Shown: positions 50,685 through 64,000 of the stretch, one piece after another
Numbering within the stretch: the stretch's first letter is position 1
How the letters are laid out: each line of letters starts with the position of its first letter
Source of the DNA: Acanthaster planci
Taxonomy: Eukaryota
NCBI RefSeq assembly: GCF_001949145.1
Contig: NW_019091358.1
Coordinates: forward strand, 2,598,535-2,662,534
Direction of reading: 5' to 3'
DNA length: 64,000 nt
Position numbers and translations under genes: made by a program
Notes under the pieces: model-generated
Databases searched by the model: none
What the model saw: only the letters and a program-made list of their open reading frames with translations
Told to the model about the DNA's origin: nothing

Positions 50685-51354
50685 GACCTGAGAGGCTACG
50701 TCACACGAAATTATTGCAAAGATGCGGCAGACGAACTTGCTGAAGACGTTGTCAATAACTGTGAAGTATCGTACATTGGCAAACTGAAATCTTGTTGCAC
50801 AAAGTCGAAACTGGATTCTAGTAAATAATCAAAAGATGGAATCTCACTACAGCATCATTCTTGTTTTCTGCAATGATGTGCATACTCCAAAATCTGGAAC
50901 ATGTATAAAATGTCCGTCAGTTGAGTTGCAGAGTGCGTTACAATAGCGTTCTTTATTGCCAAGAGCTCTGGAAGCGTCCACGTAAAAGAATAGCAATGTT
51001 CTGCTTTATGTCCCCTGAATTTTGGCATAAATAGCCCTACAGTGCGCCCGGCCCGCTCAGATTTAGAATGGACAGGGCCCTTGGAAACCGTACGACGGTA
51101 TTGCCCAAGATTTCCCGGCAAGAGACCATGGGTATACATGTATACATGTACGACATCGCTGCATTATCTGAAGTCATTTACCCGCAAATAAGCATGCTTA
51201 ATTTGAAGTGCTCTGGTTAATTAGTGATCATTATTATTACTCCAACGTGCATAGCGCATGACCAATTTAATAGAAGGCACTCCAAACAAGTGGGGGCAAG
51301 GTTAACACTTTTCGCTGGTATCTGACCTTTTTCTGTTATGTACACATGGATACT

Positions 51355-51550
51355 TTTCTTCGAACGCGCAAAGCTTAATCAGACTCCCGGTATCCGCATA
51401 AGCCACACTGACATCGTCAACGACAAATGGCAGTCGGACACAAAATGGTGGATTTTTGCCAACGCACAAAGCTTGATTGGAATTCTGTTGTCCACATCAT
51501 CCGCACAGATGGCTGCGTCAAACAATGACAGTTGGACACAAAATGGTGTC
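51355..51550. repeat. Diverged tandem duplication, unit about 98 bp
   Basis: AACGC.CAAAGCTT, ATCCGCA and CAGT.GGACACAAAATGGTG each occur twice, about 98 bp apart. Confidence 0.7.
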
Positions 51551-52352
51551 CGCTGTACCATTTCAGTGTTAAAAAAATCAAAACACAAAAACCATAAACT
51601 CCAAGTCCCAACTGACAAATAGTATGATAAAGTTGTGGGAATTGCTTTGATATTCAGGTTTTGAGTTTTATTCGAATATTCAGGCTCGTTAAAAACTCCC
51701 AATATACATGTACAACTATACAGGCTGTCCCTAGTTAGCGGCAATCGTGCGAGATAATTTCCTTCTTAATCTGATTTTAGTACAAATCCTGCACAGTTAA
51801 ATTAAAAAGTCTTTGATTTATACTTATTTACAAAACTGATAAATACAAAACAGTTTTCCGATACATCAGGGAAAAACACGTAACACAAGCTCTGTCTAAG
51901 AAAATGGCGTGTGGCACGAGTCCGAACTCAAGGGTTTGACCAAAAATACACTGGAGATTGGGATGACGGTCAAATTCAACCACGTGTCACCAAACTCTGA
52001 TAACACGCACAGCCGGCCATACACGCGTATCTTCATGGAAAATGCAGCTTGTCTGATCCGTTGAGAGACACCAGTCAAAAGTTACGGTAACTGACAGACA
52101 CACAACTCTTTTTCCGCAAAGTATGTCACAATGTACGTGAGGTAAACTGGTTGAATGACGTGGTTTTTGTGTTTCCTTTTTTTTGAAAGGTCCGGTTCAT
52201 CTGCCATTCCGCTTTTGCTCACACACGTCGTATACCTTCACGAAACGCAAAAACCTCTACCTGCTAGTGTTAACGACCCGTAAGAGCATGTTGTGTACAA
52301 CGCGGTCAATCGGTTAGAACAAACACTTTCGCTGCGAATTGGACTGTCTAAG

Positions 52353-52533
52353 GGCCGGTTCATACTACAGGCAAACTCGAAAGCAAAGCAAATTTGACTT
52401 CACGAAAGATTTGCAGCAAAATTTCGCCCAAGTTATTGTGTTCATCACTGGCGAATTCGGAGCGCTATTATTTGATCTGACGTCATGAATTCGTGTTTTT
52501 TTGTGTTCCTTTCGCGCCAAGTATGAACTAGCC
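52353..52533. mobile_element. PIF/Harbinger-like MITE
   Basis: TIRs GGCCGGTTCATACT / AGTATGAACTAGCC. The superfamily call rests only on the GGC..GCC termini. Confidence 0.55.
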
Positions 52534-53888
52534 TCAGCGTGTTGTAGATTTGAATTCGAATGAAATCGCGAAAGGGGAAATATACAGAAGTGCCAAATAT
52601 GAAGGCCCGAATGACCAGTGTGCCTATATATCAGTTGAATGCCACGGATTGTCTCTCAAAAGGACTTATTCATCAGCGAATAGTAAAACCTGACGTTTTT
52701 TTCTCTGTTACTTTGTCGGTGGGCTCAAACGAAAAACAAAAATGCTTTTTGAAAGTTGATCATTTCTTTCCTAACTAACCATTTTTTTTTCAGTGGCCAT
52801 CAGGAATTCCTATGAATACATTTTACTTTCGACACGGTGTGCTATGACACATGAACAGTGTGGCTGTGCAAGGAAAAGAAACAATGCATACGGTAAATAA
52901 AACAAACTTCCACTCAGAAATACTGACGTAACAGAAAGTATCGGTCGACTAACTTGGACAAATCTGACTTCGTTAGAAATCTGTACTAAAATGCAACAAC
53001 CACTAAAAAAGATGTAAAACTAAACGCTCGCAGACACCAGTTTGTGAAAGATAGTATCTCAAAGAAAAAAAAGATAATGTACAGTATTTACAGCAATTTA
53101 CAAGAAAAGATGGCGCAGGATATTTCTCGTATCCCGTGACACCATTTGGTATTACCACGGCAATAAGTTAAAAAGGTAATGAGACAAATAATACACAAGT
53201 TTTTATATAAAAGATACATACATACATGTTTAGCTATCTACCACTCAATATAAGTCGCTGTTCCCCTTCATATCAATTTTAATCTCTTTACAATTTCAGC
53301 CCCGTGAGAAAATAACAAGGCTTCTTGAAGTTTCACTTGGATAATTTTCCTTATAATAAAAAAATTCTTTCTTCACTCTCGTTTACGGTATACACAACAT
53401 CGAGGAAATATCCCAACATGCCCGACTGTACACAAATTGTAGCGAAGCACAAAGGATTTTTAGTCACGTGATCTTTGACGGCCAGCGTTCAATTTACACA
53501 GATGTGCGCAATAAACGCGCGCACCTTCTTAGTCTGCCAACATTCTGGCGTACAAGAAACTGCCAGTAGAAATACACAGAGTCAAAAATGCACGCGCCTC
53601 CATGGACATGGTACGCTTCCTGGTTAGCCTTGCCAGTCATGTTGCCTCACGTGAAAAAACCCTAGGTGTTTGAGTTAACAAATGATGGCTTTTGAAGGGA
53701 TAATATGCGACACTACAAAAGAAAATTACGATAGAACCGTTTGACTTTTACTACCGAATCCAGTGAAATAAGAGTTTCTGAACAGTATCCCAAGAAGTTC
53801 TCACAAAGTTTAATTTGTTTTTGAGCCCATTTGTCTGTACACCATGTGTTTCCATTCAGAGTGTCTTTTCCCTATGCGACTGCCATCC

Positions 53889-54183
53889 AACCATCTCCCT
53901 CATGGAGAACCATCTCCCTCATGGAGAACCATCTCCCTCAGGGAGAGCCATCTCTCTCAGGGAAAAACTCTCTCTCAGGGAGAACCATCTCTCTCAGGGA
54001 GAACCATCTCTCTCAGGGAGAACCATCTCTCCCCGGGAAAACCATCTCTCTCTCAGGGAGAACCATCTCTCTCAAAGAGAACCATCTCTCCCTGGGGGAA
54101 CCATCTCTCCCTCAGGGAGAACCATCTCTCCCTCAGGGAGAACCATCTCTCCCTCAGGGAAAACCATCTCTCTCTTAGGGAGA
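53889..54183. repeat. Minisatellite, about 15 copies of a 19-21 bp unit AACCATCTC(TC)YCTCAGGGAG
   Basis: Directly visible tandem array. It explains the repetitive ORFs at 53815-54332. Confidence 0.95.
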
Positions 54184-54960
54184 TGATTCCGGATATAGGA
54201 CTCTCCAGTACACTGCCACAAAATTCTACCATGAATAATAATGACTGCAATTGTCAACCCTCAATTTCAGGATGGTTAAACTCAAGATCAGCGCAAGATT
54301 CCAGAGATATTCTGTGGGAGTGCCTGGACTAGTCACTCTAGCCCAGATCCGAAGTGTTCACTGCTACAGACATTCTGAGAACTGGCCAATGCTTGCCAAC
54401 AGAGGGCGCCATACTGATAGTTTATCTCAGGACAATTTTGCCCAAATCAGTCAGTAAATTTCAACGACAAACTGACGAGATTGCCAATACGAGGTTCTCG
54501 GGGGTAAAATGTAGGCGCTTGGGGGGAATACTTATCTGTTTTCCATAACACATACCATTTGATGATTCACCAAATGTCAGGAATTCACGTAATCCCTTAT
54601 TTTCAAACTGAAATATGTCCCTGAACAACTACTCACTGAAGCGAGAAAAAAAAAATGGAAAGAGTGGTATTTGAGGCAATTCCATTATCCTGTAGCAGAT
54701 GTCTCAAACACAAATGGGTACATCTTATAACACGCACTTGGAACGTCATGAAAAAATACCAGCTAAGATTTGTCAAAAATATTTTCCAGACTTCACAAAT
54801 GCATCTAAATTGGCTATGCTTGCTATGCAAGTTCGAATTACAATGGGAGGAAAAAATAATGGAGAAGTCTTCCTGGAGAGGAACTCGAAAACTGACTTTG
54901 CACAAATCTGGGGGTGTCTAGCCAGAGATAAAAGGCAGATTGTTGGGGGTGTCACGTGAC

Positions 54961-55127
54961 AATGGGAGACTTTGAGATGCTGGTGGCAGAAGACATAACA
55001 GTCCTTTTTCACAGTGCTGCGCGTGCTCAGAACTATGCACGCATGCTCAGAACCATGGGCACCTGCTCAGAACTGCTGAACGGGACCGGTATGTTTGCTG
55101 CCATCAAGCATCTCAAAGTTTCCCATT
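54961..55127. mobile_element. Fold-back/MITE downstream of the MAU2 stop codon
   Basis: About 39-bp arms AATGGGAGACTTTGAGATGCTGGTGGCAGAAGACATAAC / GGTATGTTTGCTGCCATCAAGCATCTCAAAGTTTCCCATT enclose three TGCTCAGAAC copies. Confidence 0.7.
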
Positions 55128-55639
55128 ACATGTAAACCGACTACCATTAGCTCTTACACAGAAACGCTTGACAAGAAATGAAGAGAGACACGGTTATCAA
55201 CCAGGTCTGTTCCACAGGACGTACTGAAGAGCATCTTATTTCGGAGTCATTCAGTAAGGAAGGGGGAAAAACGGACTGCCGGTCAAAAGATTCTTATACA
55301 AGTGCAAGGGGAGATTGAAAAATAGGGGGGGGGTACAGACAAGTTCCCCAGTTGGAATTCTGCTGGACTTCTAAAGACAACCTATATTTTCTCTTCTAGC
55401 AAATCTTCTTGTTCCCTTTTTTTAAAAACTGTATCAAAACATTTCAGATTCTTTCTGGTTTTTATTAGAGAGACTACGGGAAGAAAATGCAGTCGAAAAA
55501 AGGAAAGTGAAAAAGAAGTAAAAGTTTCTTATCTTGAGAAGAATTGGCACACTTGTCGGATATTTTTGTCTGTTTTTTTTCCCTTTTTTTTTTTCAAACG
55601 GCAAAGGGTTGGGTGTGTGTTGCAGAGCAGAGGCGAGTG

Positions 55640-58600
55640 CTATAAGATACTGGAACTAGCTCCATCCCCCTGAAGTAAATGGATCGGGCACGGGCCTTCT
55701 GTCCACTGTGGGGAAATGAGACAGGTAAAATGTAGACAGTTAATATCAATCACTGATAGGGCCAAGTCAATTCCAATAATTCACTGTTCGAATATTTGAC
55801 CTTTGAGTTTGATTGAATATCTGAATATTGGTCTTACCTAGCGGTGGATTGTTGAACAGACCATATACAAAATCAGTTGCAATAACGTACACAATTCTAC
55901 ATTATAATCACTATGATAGCTTCTCACATCTAGGAGTATCTTCAGCCACGATTTAGCAAGATTTAAGAGACGAACAATACTTCTTGCTCTGTTGACAATT
56001 TCTATTCCATTTAAATTGTTTAATGAACAATTTACTTTTTGCATCAGATTTTATTTAACTTGCAAATGGCTTAATGGTGAGGGTGGAGCCAAGGTACTGC
56101 CACTTCAATTAGGATGACATACGTCCCCGTGACACAAAGAATTGGTTTACTGCACACTGGAGGGTACTGATGGACTCGGGGCAGGCCTCCTAGCTCATTG
56201 TTCTGAGAAATCTGGGGTTAACACCCACCTGTATAAGGTTGTGCTCTGTCTGCTGAGATGATTGGAAGTGGTCTTTGAGGAGCTGTTGTGAGAAGGAGGT
56301 GTGCATCTGGTAGCCGTCTCTCTCCCGCACCGGGTCGCCCTCCAAGTGATACAAATCTGAGGGTGGGGGAAAAGACGGGGCCCAGTGATAGCGCCTGCGA
56401 CTTGAAACAAGCAACGGCTTGACTACACTTCCCCGTGCCTTACAAGAATGGACTGACCTTCAGCAACTTGTCAGAAATACTCCATGATTGGCTATTACAC
56501 AACCAGGTTTTGGAGCCTTAAGGGGACGTCTGGCACAGAAGACTGTTTGATACAGCAGTCTACTATAGGGCACACAGGCCATTGAGGAACGTGGCCTGGC
56601 CCTCTAAATAGCGCCCTCTGCACTTGGTACACCCCTACTATTGTGTCATGTCATGTGTCACATACTTAACTGCCTGCGTGCTCAGCAGTGTGCACTTGTG
56701 TTCACACCGGCAGCCTGCACGACAGCGCTCCAGCACCAGCACCGGTGATGCAAATTAAACAAGTTTATCCACTCACCTCTGAGCAGGGCCGATGCCCACA
56801 GTTGAACGTGCACGTCTGGGATTTTTTCAGCGAGTTGCATGGCTGGTAAGACCATATTCATGCTTTCCTGGAATGAGCATTCCAAGACAAGACGTATTTG
56901 AGTTTGCTCACAAAAAACAAAAAGGCGGAGTTGCAAACCGAGACGCCAATATAACCGAGAACCCAAATACGTGAAGTTGACATACATGTACGTTCCAGTT
57001 TTCAAAATCTATTCCTACTGTTGCAAAATTTATGTGACAGTGAGACTCACGTTAGCAAAGCCACTTTTGAGTAACAGGCTTCTGAAAGAATTTTGCTCCG
57101 GGTAAATCAATGGGAACTGTTAACATTGTTCGATCATTTTCATCAGGGTGACAAAAACGACAGAAACGTCAAAACACAGACCTAATCTTGGTCTTTCTCA
57201 TGCAAAGCGAAACAAAATGACGGGGGAAAAAATGGCCTTATGACTCATTTTCACGGAGCGGGTCACGAATCTCCAACACAATTTTTGAAAGTGCTCACAC
57301 ACACTTGTAACATCGCTGAATGGGGGAAAAAACACGTAGCAGGCATGTGAATGTCGTCCAGGAGCAGTAAGACCATGTCTATAGTGCCTGGCTATGGCTA
57401 GCAATAATAAAGTACTCTATGAGGCTAGCGGCTTGAGCCATTTCTCATAGACATGCGTATTATAGAAAGCCATGGCCAAGTCATTTGGCTACAGCCACAC
57501 GTGTTCCAGCATTGAGATTAGAGGAACATAAACTACCATAGGTTTTGAGGGGCCCCTGCAACGTAGGGTCTATGGGATACGTCTTTGCCGACAGGTGCCC
57601 CTTAAAGCACCCATTTTTTGTCCTCTCATGGCAAAATATGTCACTTTCCAGATTAATCATACTGATGAAAAGATCATGAAATCAGGAACACTCCTGACAA
57701 ATCTCAACCCTACATGTACGGCGTCTAAAAACACAACTGCTTCATCGATACGTCAGACATTGACTCTCTGTGATCTACCCACCCTTGTGCTTCCTAAGGA
57801 GAGGAATATGTGGCCCAGTAGCACCAGTGAGCAGGCAGTTAATCTATTCAAGTCCTCTTCGTTGGACATCTTTAACGTTTCCCTCAGGTATCTCCTGGGT
57901 TAGGATGTAACAAGGATAAAACATTGACATTATCCAGGCTAAAAACACATCTTTATATAAAAAAGGGGCTGTTTCTTAGAAGCCAAGGATGTGTTTAGCC
58001 AATGGCAATTCCCAAACCTTCAGTGAATGATAACTAAACCACTTCCAAATGGCAGTATTTGGGGCCAAAAAAAGACTTGTGTAAAGGGTGAAATATATCG
58101 GCCACCTTTCAAAATCAAACATCCCACAGATTGACTTTTTGGAGTCACCTGTGCAACATTTCCCACTGCAACCTCGTATAATAAACTCTCAGAGGTTCCA
58201 TCACTTTTACAATATTTGCTTCTATTGCAGTGGCCAAGTTGAAGTTCAACTTCCACAACGTGTGTGAACAAAACAAACGGGGTACTGGATGCGCATACAA
58301 GTTTGCCGCCACGCACTCAGGGAACACTCTACGATTTGACCCGTCAACCACCACTGATTGCCAGATTGCCCTCTGGCATAAACCAAGGCTTTGGATGCTG
58401 CTAAACAGGCCACCAGTGACAGAAAATAAATTCTACCTATTAATATCTATTTCCCAACAAAGCTAATACTTCAAACCTCGGGAGAAAATGATTATGACCC
58501 CCCCGCCCGCCTCAAATATCCTTCAGGATGTTATACTTAGCCAGAAAGCTAAGAAATGACGGTCTAGAAATTTTGTCAATTATCTTTCTCAGAGGCGTCT

Positions 58601-61600
58601 GTTTTATTTGCACCCACAAAATGAAACACACAAAGAGGTACATCCCATTTCACTCTCTTCTGTTCAACCTGGCCAAAACTTGCCGTTCCACCCGGCCACT
58701 CAGCCCACCAGTTCTTCGTGTCCACAAAGCAAGGGATAAACCAATTGCTCCGCACACAGGAAAGCAGCTGCGCCTTTGACGCTAAGACTACTAAGTGTCA
58801 GGAAGCCGCTGGACAACTAAGGGGACCTACTGTGATGAACCAAAAGTCGGCCCGACGCTGACTTACTTTGCCTCGTTGTATCTCGCTTGAAAAAACGCCT
58901 GCAGACCCTGGACATAGTAGGACGCCGCTCTGAGACTGTGTGAGTTTGTGGGTAACACCTCTGGGTTGATCCGTTCTAATAACGTTAATAACTGGACAAG
59001 GAGAGCACAAAATAGACACGAATGAAATAGAAATGCTATGGATGGTTGGCTGTCGAGGCGATGTCTAGGGTTAGGCAAAAGCAGTGTATGTAGAAAGTTA
59101 CTATAACTTCAGATTAGAAGCCATTTTGATTCCGAAGTCAACAAGCGCGTTTATGCAGGAAGTGAACAATCACCCCTCTCTGATCTGTCACGTGTCATGT
59201 CACATCAAAGTACATGTACCAATCATTTATTGCCATTTCCTGACAAATTTCTACAACCCCAGGGGCAACAACCCATCATTTTGGAAACACAGTGGCACTG
59301 TACACCACTCCACGCAGAACTTCACCTGCCAACTCTTTCTGTGTGTGGCTCTGGGTTAGGCTGGAACCATTACCACTGCTTTTAATGTCACCAGACCATG
59401 TTGCACGACCAGCATGTGGAGGACCCTCTTAACCACAACAACGTATTACATTAATGGGAAGCGATTTTTTTCTTTTTTTTCAAAGACAAAGTAACAATAG
59501 GGTTGAAAATGCAAAAGTTACACGAAATTATATTTTGGTTGCAATGTTATGATTTTGAAAGCTGTCATTCAATTGCACGAAAATATTTAAATATGTGAAG
59601 GGTTCTGTGAGGCACTGAAAAGAAGCCGCATGATTATAAAAAACATTATAAAGAACAGATTCAGCCCTGCTATGGAAATAACAATAAAAACAAATCCACA
59701 CTGCCCTATGAATCAGAGTACCTGTGTCCCTGAGCAAGACACTTGATCACATTTAAAGCTAGTTATGGAAAATCACTCATTTCCGGCCTGCGTAAAGACT
59801 GAACCAGCTCTGATGGTAATAGAAACAGTTGTCCACTAACCTCCTGTTGCCTATTGCCAGACCTGAGGTAAACTATTGCCAGATTGAGGGATGCAAACTG
59901 CCACAATTCTGTTTGCGTTGTACTCTGCAGAGACGATAAAAGGAAACTGCTTCATGAATTTCTCTGATTGGTTTAACACAATGGACTAGTCACGGCATAC
60001 TGCAAGTCGCCGTGTTGCCTTTGTCTGAAAACAAAGCCGTGTGACTTCCTGCAACACAACTGGAGACCAAGTAGCCGGCGACATCCATTTTTTTTTCAAA
60101 CATTCCCAGAAAGTACAAAACGTTCTGTGCTGATCATAATAGATAGGCGAAGGTACATATTGTTTCCACCTCCTGTGACCTGTAAACTGTTCGTACAGTA
60201 AATCCAAATTGCCATACACTTGAGGTTCATTCAACACATCACCCCAAAGATTCCCATTGAAAACACCGAAGCTCAGGATACCACAAGACACGGGACCGAT
60301 ATGGGCCAATCGAGTTTACTCACCGCCAGAGCTGCAGTGAACTGCGCCTCTGCGCTCTCCATGCAATTCATGGACATTGAGTAGAGCCCCAGTAACGTGT
60401 GAAGCTGGGCTCCGTGTGTCGAAAGTAGCCGTGGGTTCTGTGAACACACCTGGCATGCTTGTGAGATCTGCAACAAGACAAGTTTCACACTTTTAAAAGA
60501 CCAACAAAAATCAGTTGGTTCCATTTGAAGTTTTATCCAATGGCTTGACTGCCACTTTATTTTTCAACTGTTTTTTTTGCCACGAGTACCCCGTCTCCTC
60601 CATAAAAAAGTCCACAAAAGAAATCAGCATGTCAGACTTATCAAACTAGATTCTCTAAATACTTGCAAGAGACCCTCGATTATTCACCCTAACCAATCTG
60701 AATCCAACAAGCATATGCATAATTACGATGGTCCCTAGGGGGTTAGAGTTTAATGATGAAAGAGTCAGAATGCTACAAGAGAACCTTTCACAGGTACCTT
60801 TTTAAGTCTTCCTGAATCCAGTGCTTTTTATTTTTAGCTTAGCAAAATTCCAACAAAATTGAAAGAGCCTTTCAGTGCTCAATCTTCCAGAATGATACCC
60901 AACAAGTGGCAGGAAATGTTGAGGTTGACAGATGAACTTAGCGAGCAAACAAGCAAAAGTTGTAGACTTTAAAACCTGCTCGGGGTTCGGTTAAAGATCA
61001 AAGCATTGTGACGCCGAGTTTCAACAGTGTTCAGAAAAAAAGTACCCTGTAACCTCTTTTCTCTGCACCAACGATTCATTCACTGAACTCCCAAGCAGCA
61101 CATCTGTTACAGTTCAACCTGCACCTACTAGTAACTGTGTGGCCTAGTAGTCAGGGTTTGTTAATTCCCGATGCTAGGGTCAGGGGTTCGAGTCAAGCAG
61201 CCGGGCATACACTGTCAATCTGGGCAAGTCATTTTACACCCACTTGTCTCTCTCCACCCAGGAGAATCAATGCCTACCTATGACAGTGGAAAACAGCCGT
61301 CGTGTTTGATTTACTTATTTTTTTGTGAAATAGAAGCATCGAGCTGTCTACTCTCCAGGCAGCTGAGGTGGTTTTGGGAATACATCTGGGCCCAGTGAGC
61401 GGGGACAATAGTGATGCAGCGCCGGACCATCAGTGACCATGGATGTGTGGGCTTTACGAGCCCCGAGATGGACTAAGAGGAGACACCATTTTTCTAGCAA
61501 CGGAGGCTCCTTCGGCGGGAACTGTACAGGTTCACGAACATTCACGACTGGTTCACGAACGACTATGAAATGCAAGCATTATCACAAAAGGAACACTTCC

Positions 61601-64000
61601 CATCAACATGGCTCTTGTCAAGTAATGGCGGGGTGCTTCTGCTCAAGCCAGATAAATAAAGATGATTATCACGGTTAGATTCTTGAGAAAGACTGACTTT
61701 TTTGGAGATGATTTTTTTTCCCCCAGCCTCTTGCGTTCTCACCTCTTGTACGGCCAGCGACTTCTGGCCCATGACCAGACGGCACATGATGATGTGCTCC
61801 AGCAGCATGAGCTGGAAGGCCGACAGGATGGAATGGGAGTCCAGGATCTTCAGCTTCTCGATCTGCAGCAGGGCCTTGTCGGTGTACTTCTGGGCCTTGT
61901 CCATGTAGCCCGCTTGCATCGAGTGCATCACCGTGACCTGAGGGGGGAGGGGTCAGGAGGTTTGAAAACATTCAATTGATTCCTTGCTACTGGGTCTCAG
62001 TGGAGAAAAGTGGACAGCGTGGTGTGAGCGGGTACAAGGGCTCTGGTGAATTATAGGCATGTGCCCAATTTATGGAGTATTCAGAATATTTGCTTAGCAG
62101 TTTTCAGATTTCACATTCCAAAACTGTGGTTGGTCTCAACTCCTCCGGAAATGAGAAAGAGATTCATGACTTCTTCCGTTGTACAAGTGGCATGATACTT
62201 CATGTATGTGTTACACGTCGGTGACTCACTGTTTGTCATCAGATACATGTTCACCTAGTTTTGCGCTAAAGGTTAGCCGGAATTTACTGCACTTGAAGTT
62301 AGAATTGAAAGCCCTTGTTATCCCACCACAAATGTATCGTCTTTCAAATTCATTGGGTATTTGAATACTGTATCAAATTCAGAGTCAAATATTCTTGTAT
62401 GTGAATCTTTAAACCTGTACAGTACTACAGTGTGTGAGATGCATCATGCATATGCACTGCTACAGGCAAGAGATTGCACTCTGACCTACGTCTGAGCTGT
62501 GGTGGTCTCGATTACAAGACTTCTCAAACATGACTGAAGATTGTACTCACCAGATACACTAACACACACATGTGCTCCTTCGGTAACCAGTGAAACAAGT
62601 CTGCTGGATTACTTGAGATGGGTTCTGCAATGAGACAAAAATGAGACACATGGCAAAAACTGAAATTTTCCACGGGCCAATGTGGTGCCAACCAACCCAC
62701 ACACCGAGTCCGAGTAGAGCTAGAGCCAGCTTCAGATTTTGGAGACAACATGGCTGTTCATTATATGTACTGCACAGTGTGCGGCTACTGTCTACCAACT
62801 GCCCACATGCACCGGCGCATACACCTGCCACTTTGTTTCCAACAATAGTGACCCTCATGCCACAACTCTCTCTACACCCGGGCTCTGATTCCGAGTAAAG
62901 CCTCAATCTGGCCGCTTCTGAAGCAACTGGCTGCGGCTGGGCGTAGCACACATCTCTATGGGAAGCAGCTTCAGCCGTCAGCTAGTGGCTTCCATCGAGG
63001 CACGCTGTCTCCACTCACAGCGGTAACTTTTGTACATTGCCTATTTCTTGCTCAATAACAGGGTCTGGTAATAAGCCAATGTGTCCTTTGATAAGATGCC
63101 GACACGTTGATGTGTCTACACGAGCGTGAACTGGTACTGCATGCAGCACGTACATGCCTCTGAGAGTCAGGATACAAGGCAGGAAGCATTGTTAAGATAA
63201 GAAGTAATGATACACTCCGGCAGATTTGAGGGCACCAGCTGCGCCCACGTAGACATGTTCAAGAGGGCTCCTGACATACGTGTCTTCAGCCAGCAGTGAC
63301 ACCAACGCTACCAGCACCGGGCTATAAACACATCGAATCCAATTCCCAGTGTTATAGATTTATGTAAAAAGGGGGCTTGTAAATTTTAAACAAACAATAA
63401 GTGCCTGTCCATATGTGTTTCTGTCTGCCCTCTGGACGGGTGGACGGGTGGCTATATGAGACACCCCCTTCGCACCTCAAACTGAGACAATAACCCACCA
63501 ATTTCAAAGGGCTCACCGTCATCTGAATGCAGCATGGTTATCGTCTGTATGGACTGCTGGAGGTTCTTCAGTGCCGTCTTCACACTTTTTACCTGGAACG
63601 GAGGAATAAAAAGCGTTACTGACAGCAAAACGACAGAAATGAACTGATCTCTACAGCTCATGAAGGGCGAACAACCTCACTTGGATTTGAATCTCGTCAG
63701 CTGGAGCTCTTCAACTTTCCGTACATTTCCCATTTAAATCTGCTGTCACACCAAGAACTGGCATACATGTAACTTTGTGGTGCGACTGAAGAAGAGCTTT
63801 GCTGTAAAAAAAAAAAAATTGCGAGACAGAGAGAGGGACTTACCTGGCCAGCCATGAGGTAATGGCAGACTTGTAAGACTAGGAAATAAACCTTGAGGGA
63901 CTCCTTGTTGGTGGCACTGCCGGTGTAGTTGTCAATGATGGACCCGCACATCGACAGCACAGGGTGCACCTCCGCATATTTCTTGTCTATCAACATCAGC
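55640..64000 (-). CDS. MAU2: MAU2/Scc4 cohesin loader subunit, 5'-partial (about 416 aa in window)
   Basis: Eleven exons join in frame: 63844-64000 (partial), 63517-63592, 62551-62624, 61743-61937, 60324-60467, 59841-59924, 58867-58991, 57783-57894, 56777-56867, 56229-56356, 55640-55705 (TAG). Diagnostic peptides: [151 protein letters not shown]. Confidence 0.96.
55757..56045. mobile_element. hAT-like MITE, copy 2, truncated (last MAU2 intron)
   Basis: Aligns by eye to 4003-4290, for example TACAAAATCAGTTGCAATAAC and ATAGCTTCTCACAT. Confidence 0.7.
61137..61280 (+). mobile_element. tRNA-derived SINE (MAU2 intron)
   Basis: A box TGGCCTAGTAG, B box GGTTCGAGTC, then TGGGCAAGTCA..TCTCTCTCCACCCAGG, which resembles conserved central domains of invertebrate SINEs. 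Confidence 0.65.

Noticed and set aside
50583..52078. Protein-looking short ORFs in the GATAD2-MAU2 spacer
   Set aside because: No recognisable homology or consistent exon chain. They partly overlap a MITE and a tandem duplication.
53815..54332. Repetitive ORFs in several frames
   Set aside because: They are translations of a stop-free minisatellite.

Overview
This is intron-rich animal (invertebrate-type) genomic DNA with three assembly gaps; there are no prokaryotic features. I spliced three genes by hand from GT-AG boundaries with continuous reading frames. (1) The 3' part of a NEDD4/NEDD4L-type WW-HECT E3 ubiquitin ligase (+, 16 exons, 216-13239). (2) A complete GATAD2/p66 NuRD subunit gene (-, CDS 29912-21830, candidate non-coding first exon near 41.6 kb), convergent with NEDD4. 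(3) The 3' part of the cohesin loader MAU2/Scc4 (-, 11 exons, 64000-55640). The rest holds non-autonomous DNA transposons (one hAT MITE has a perfect 8-bp TSD), tRNA-derived SINE heads, a LINE tail and a minisatellite. The best observations are: MAU2->GATAD2 order and orientation match human 19p13.11; the GATAD2 N-terminus is expanded and built from frame-symmetric exons; MITE-derived fold-backs lie in or near 3' UTRs; and several promoter-like elements have no assignable gene. I found no convincing novel multi-gene system. The species cannot be identified from the sequence alone.
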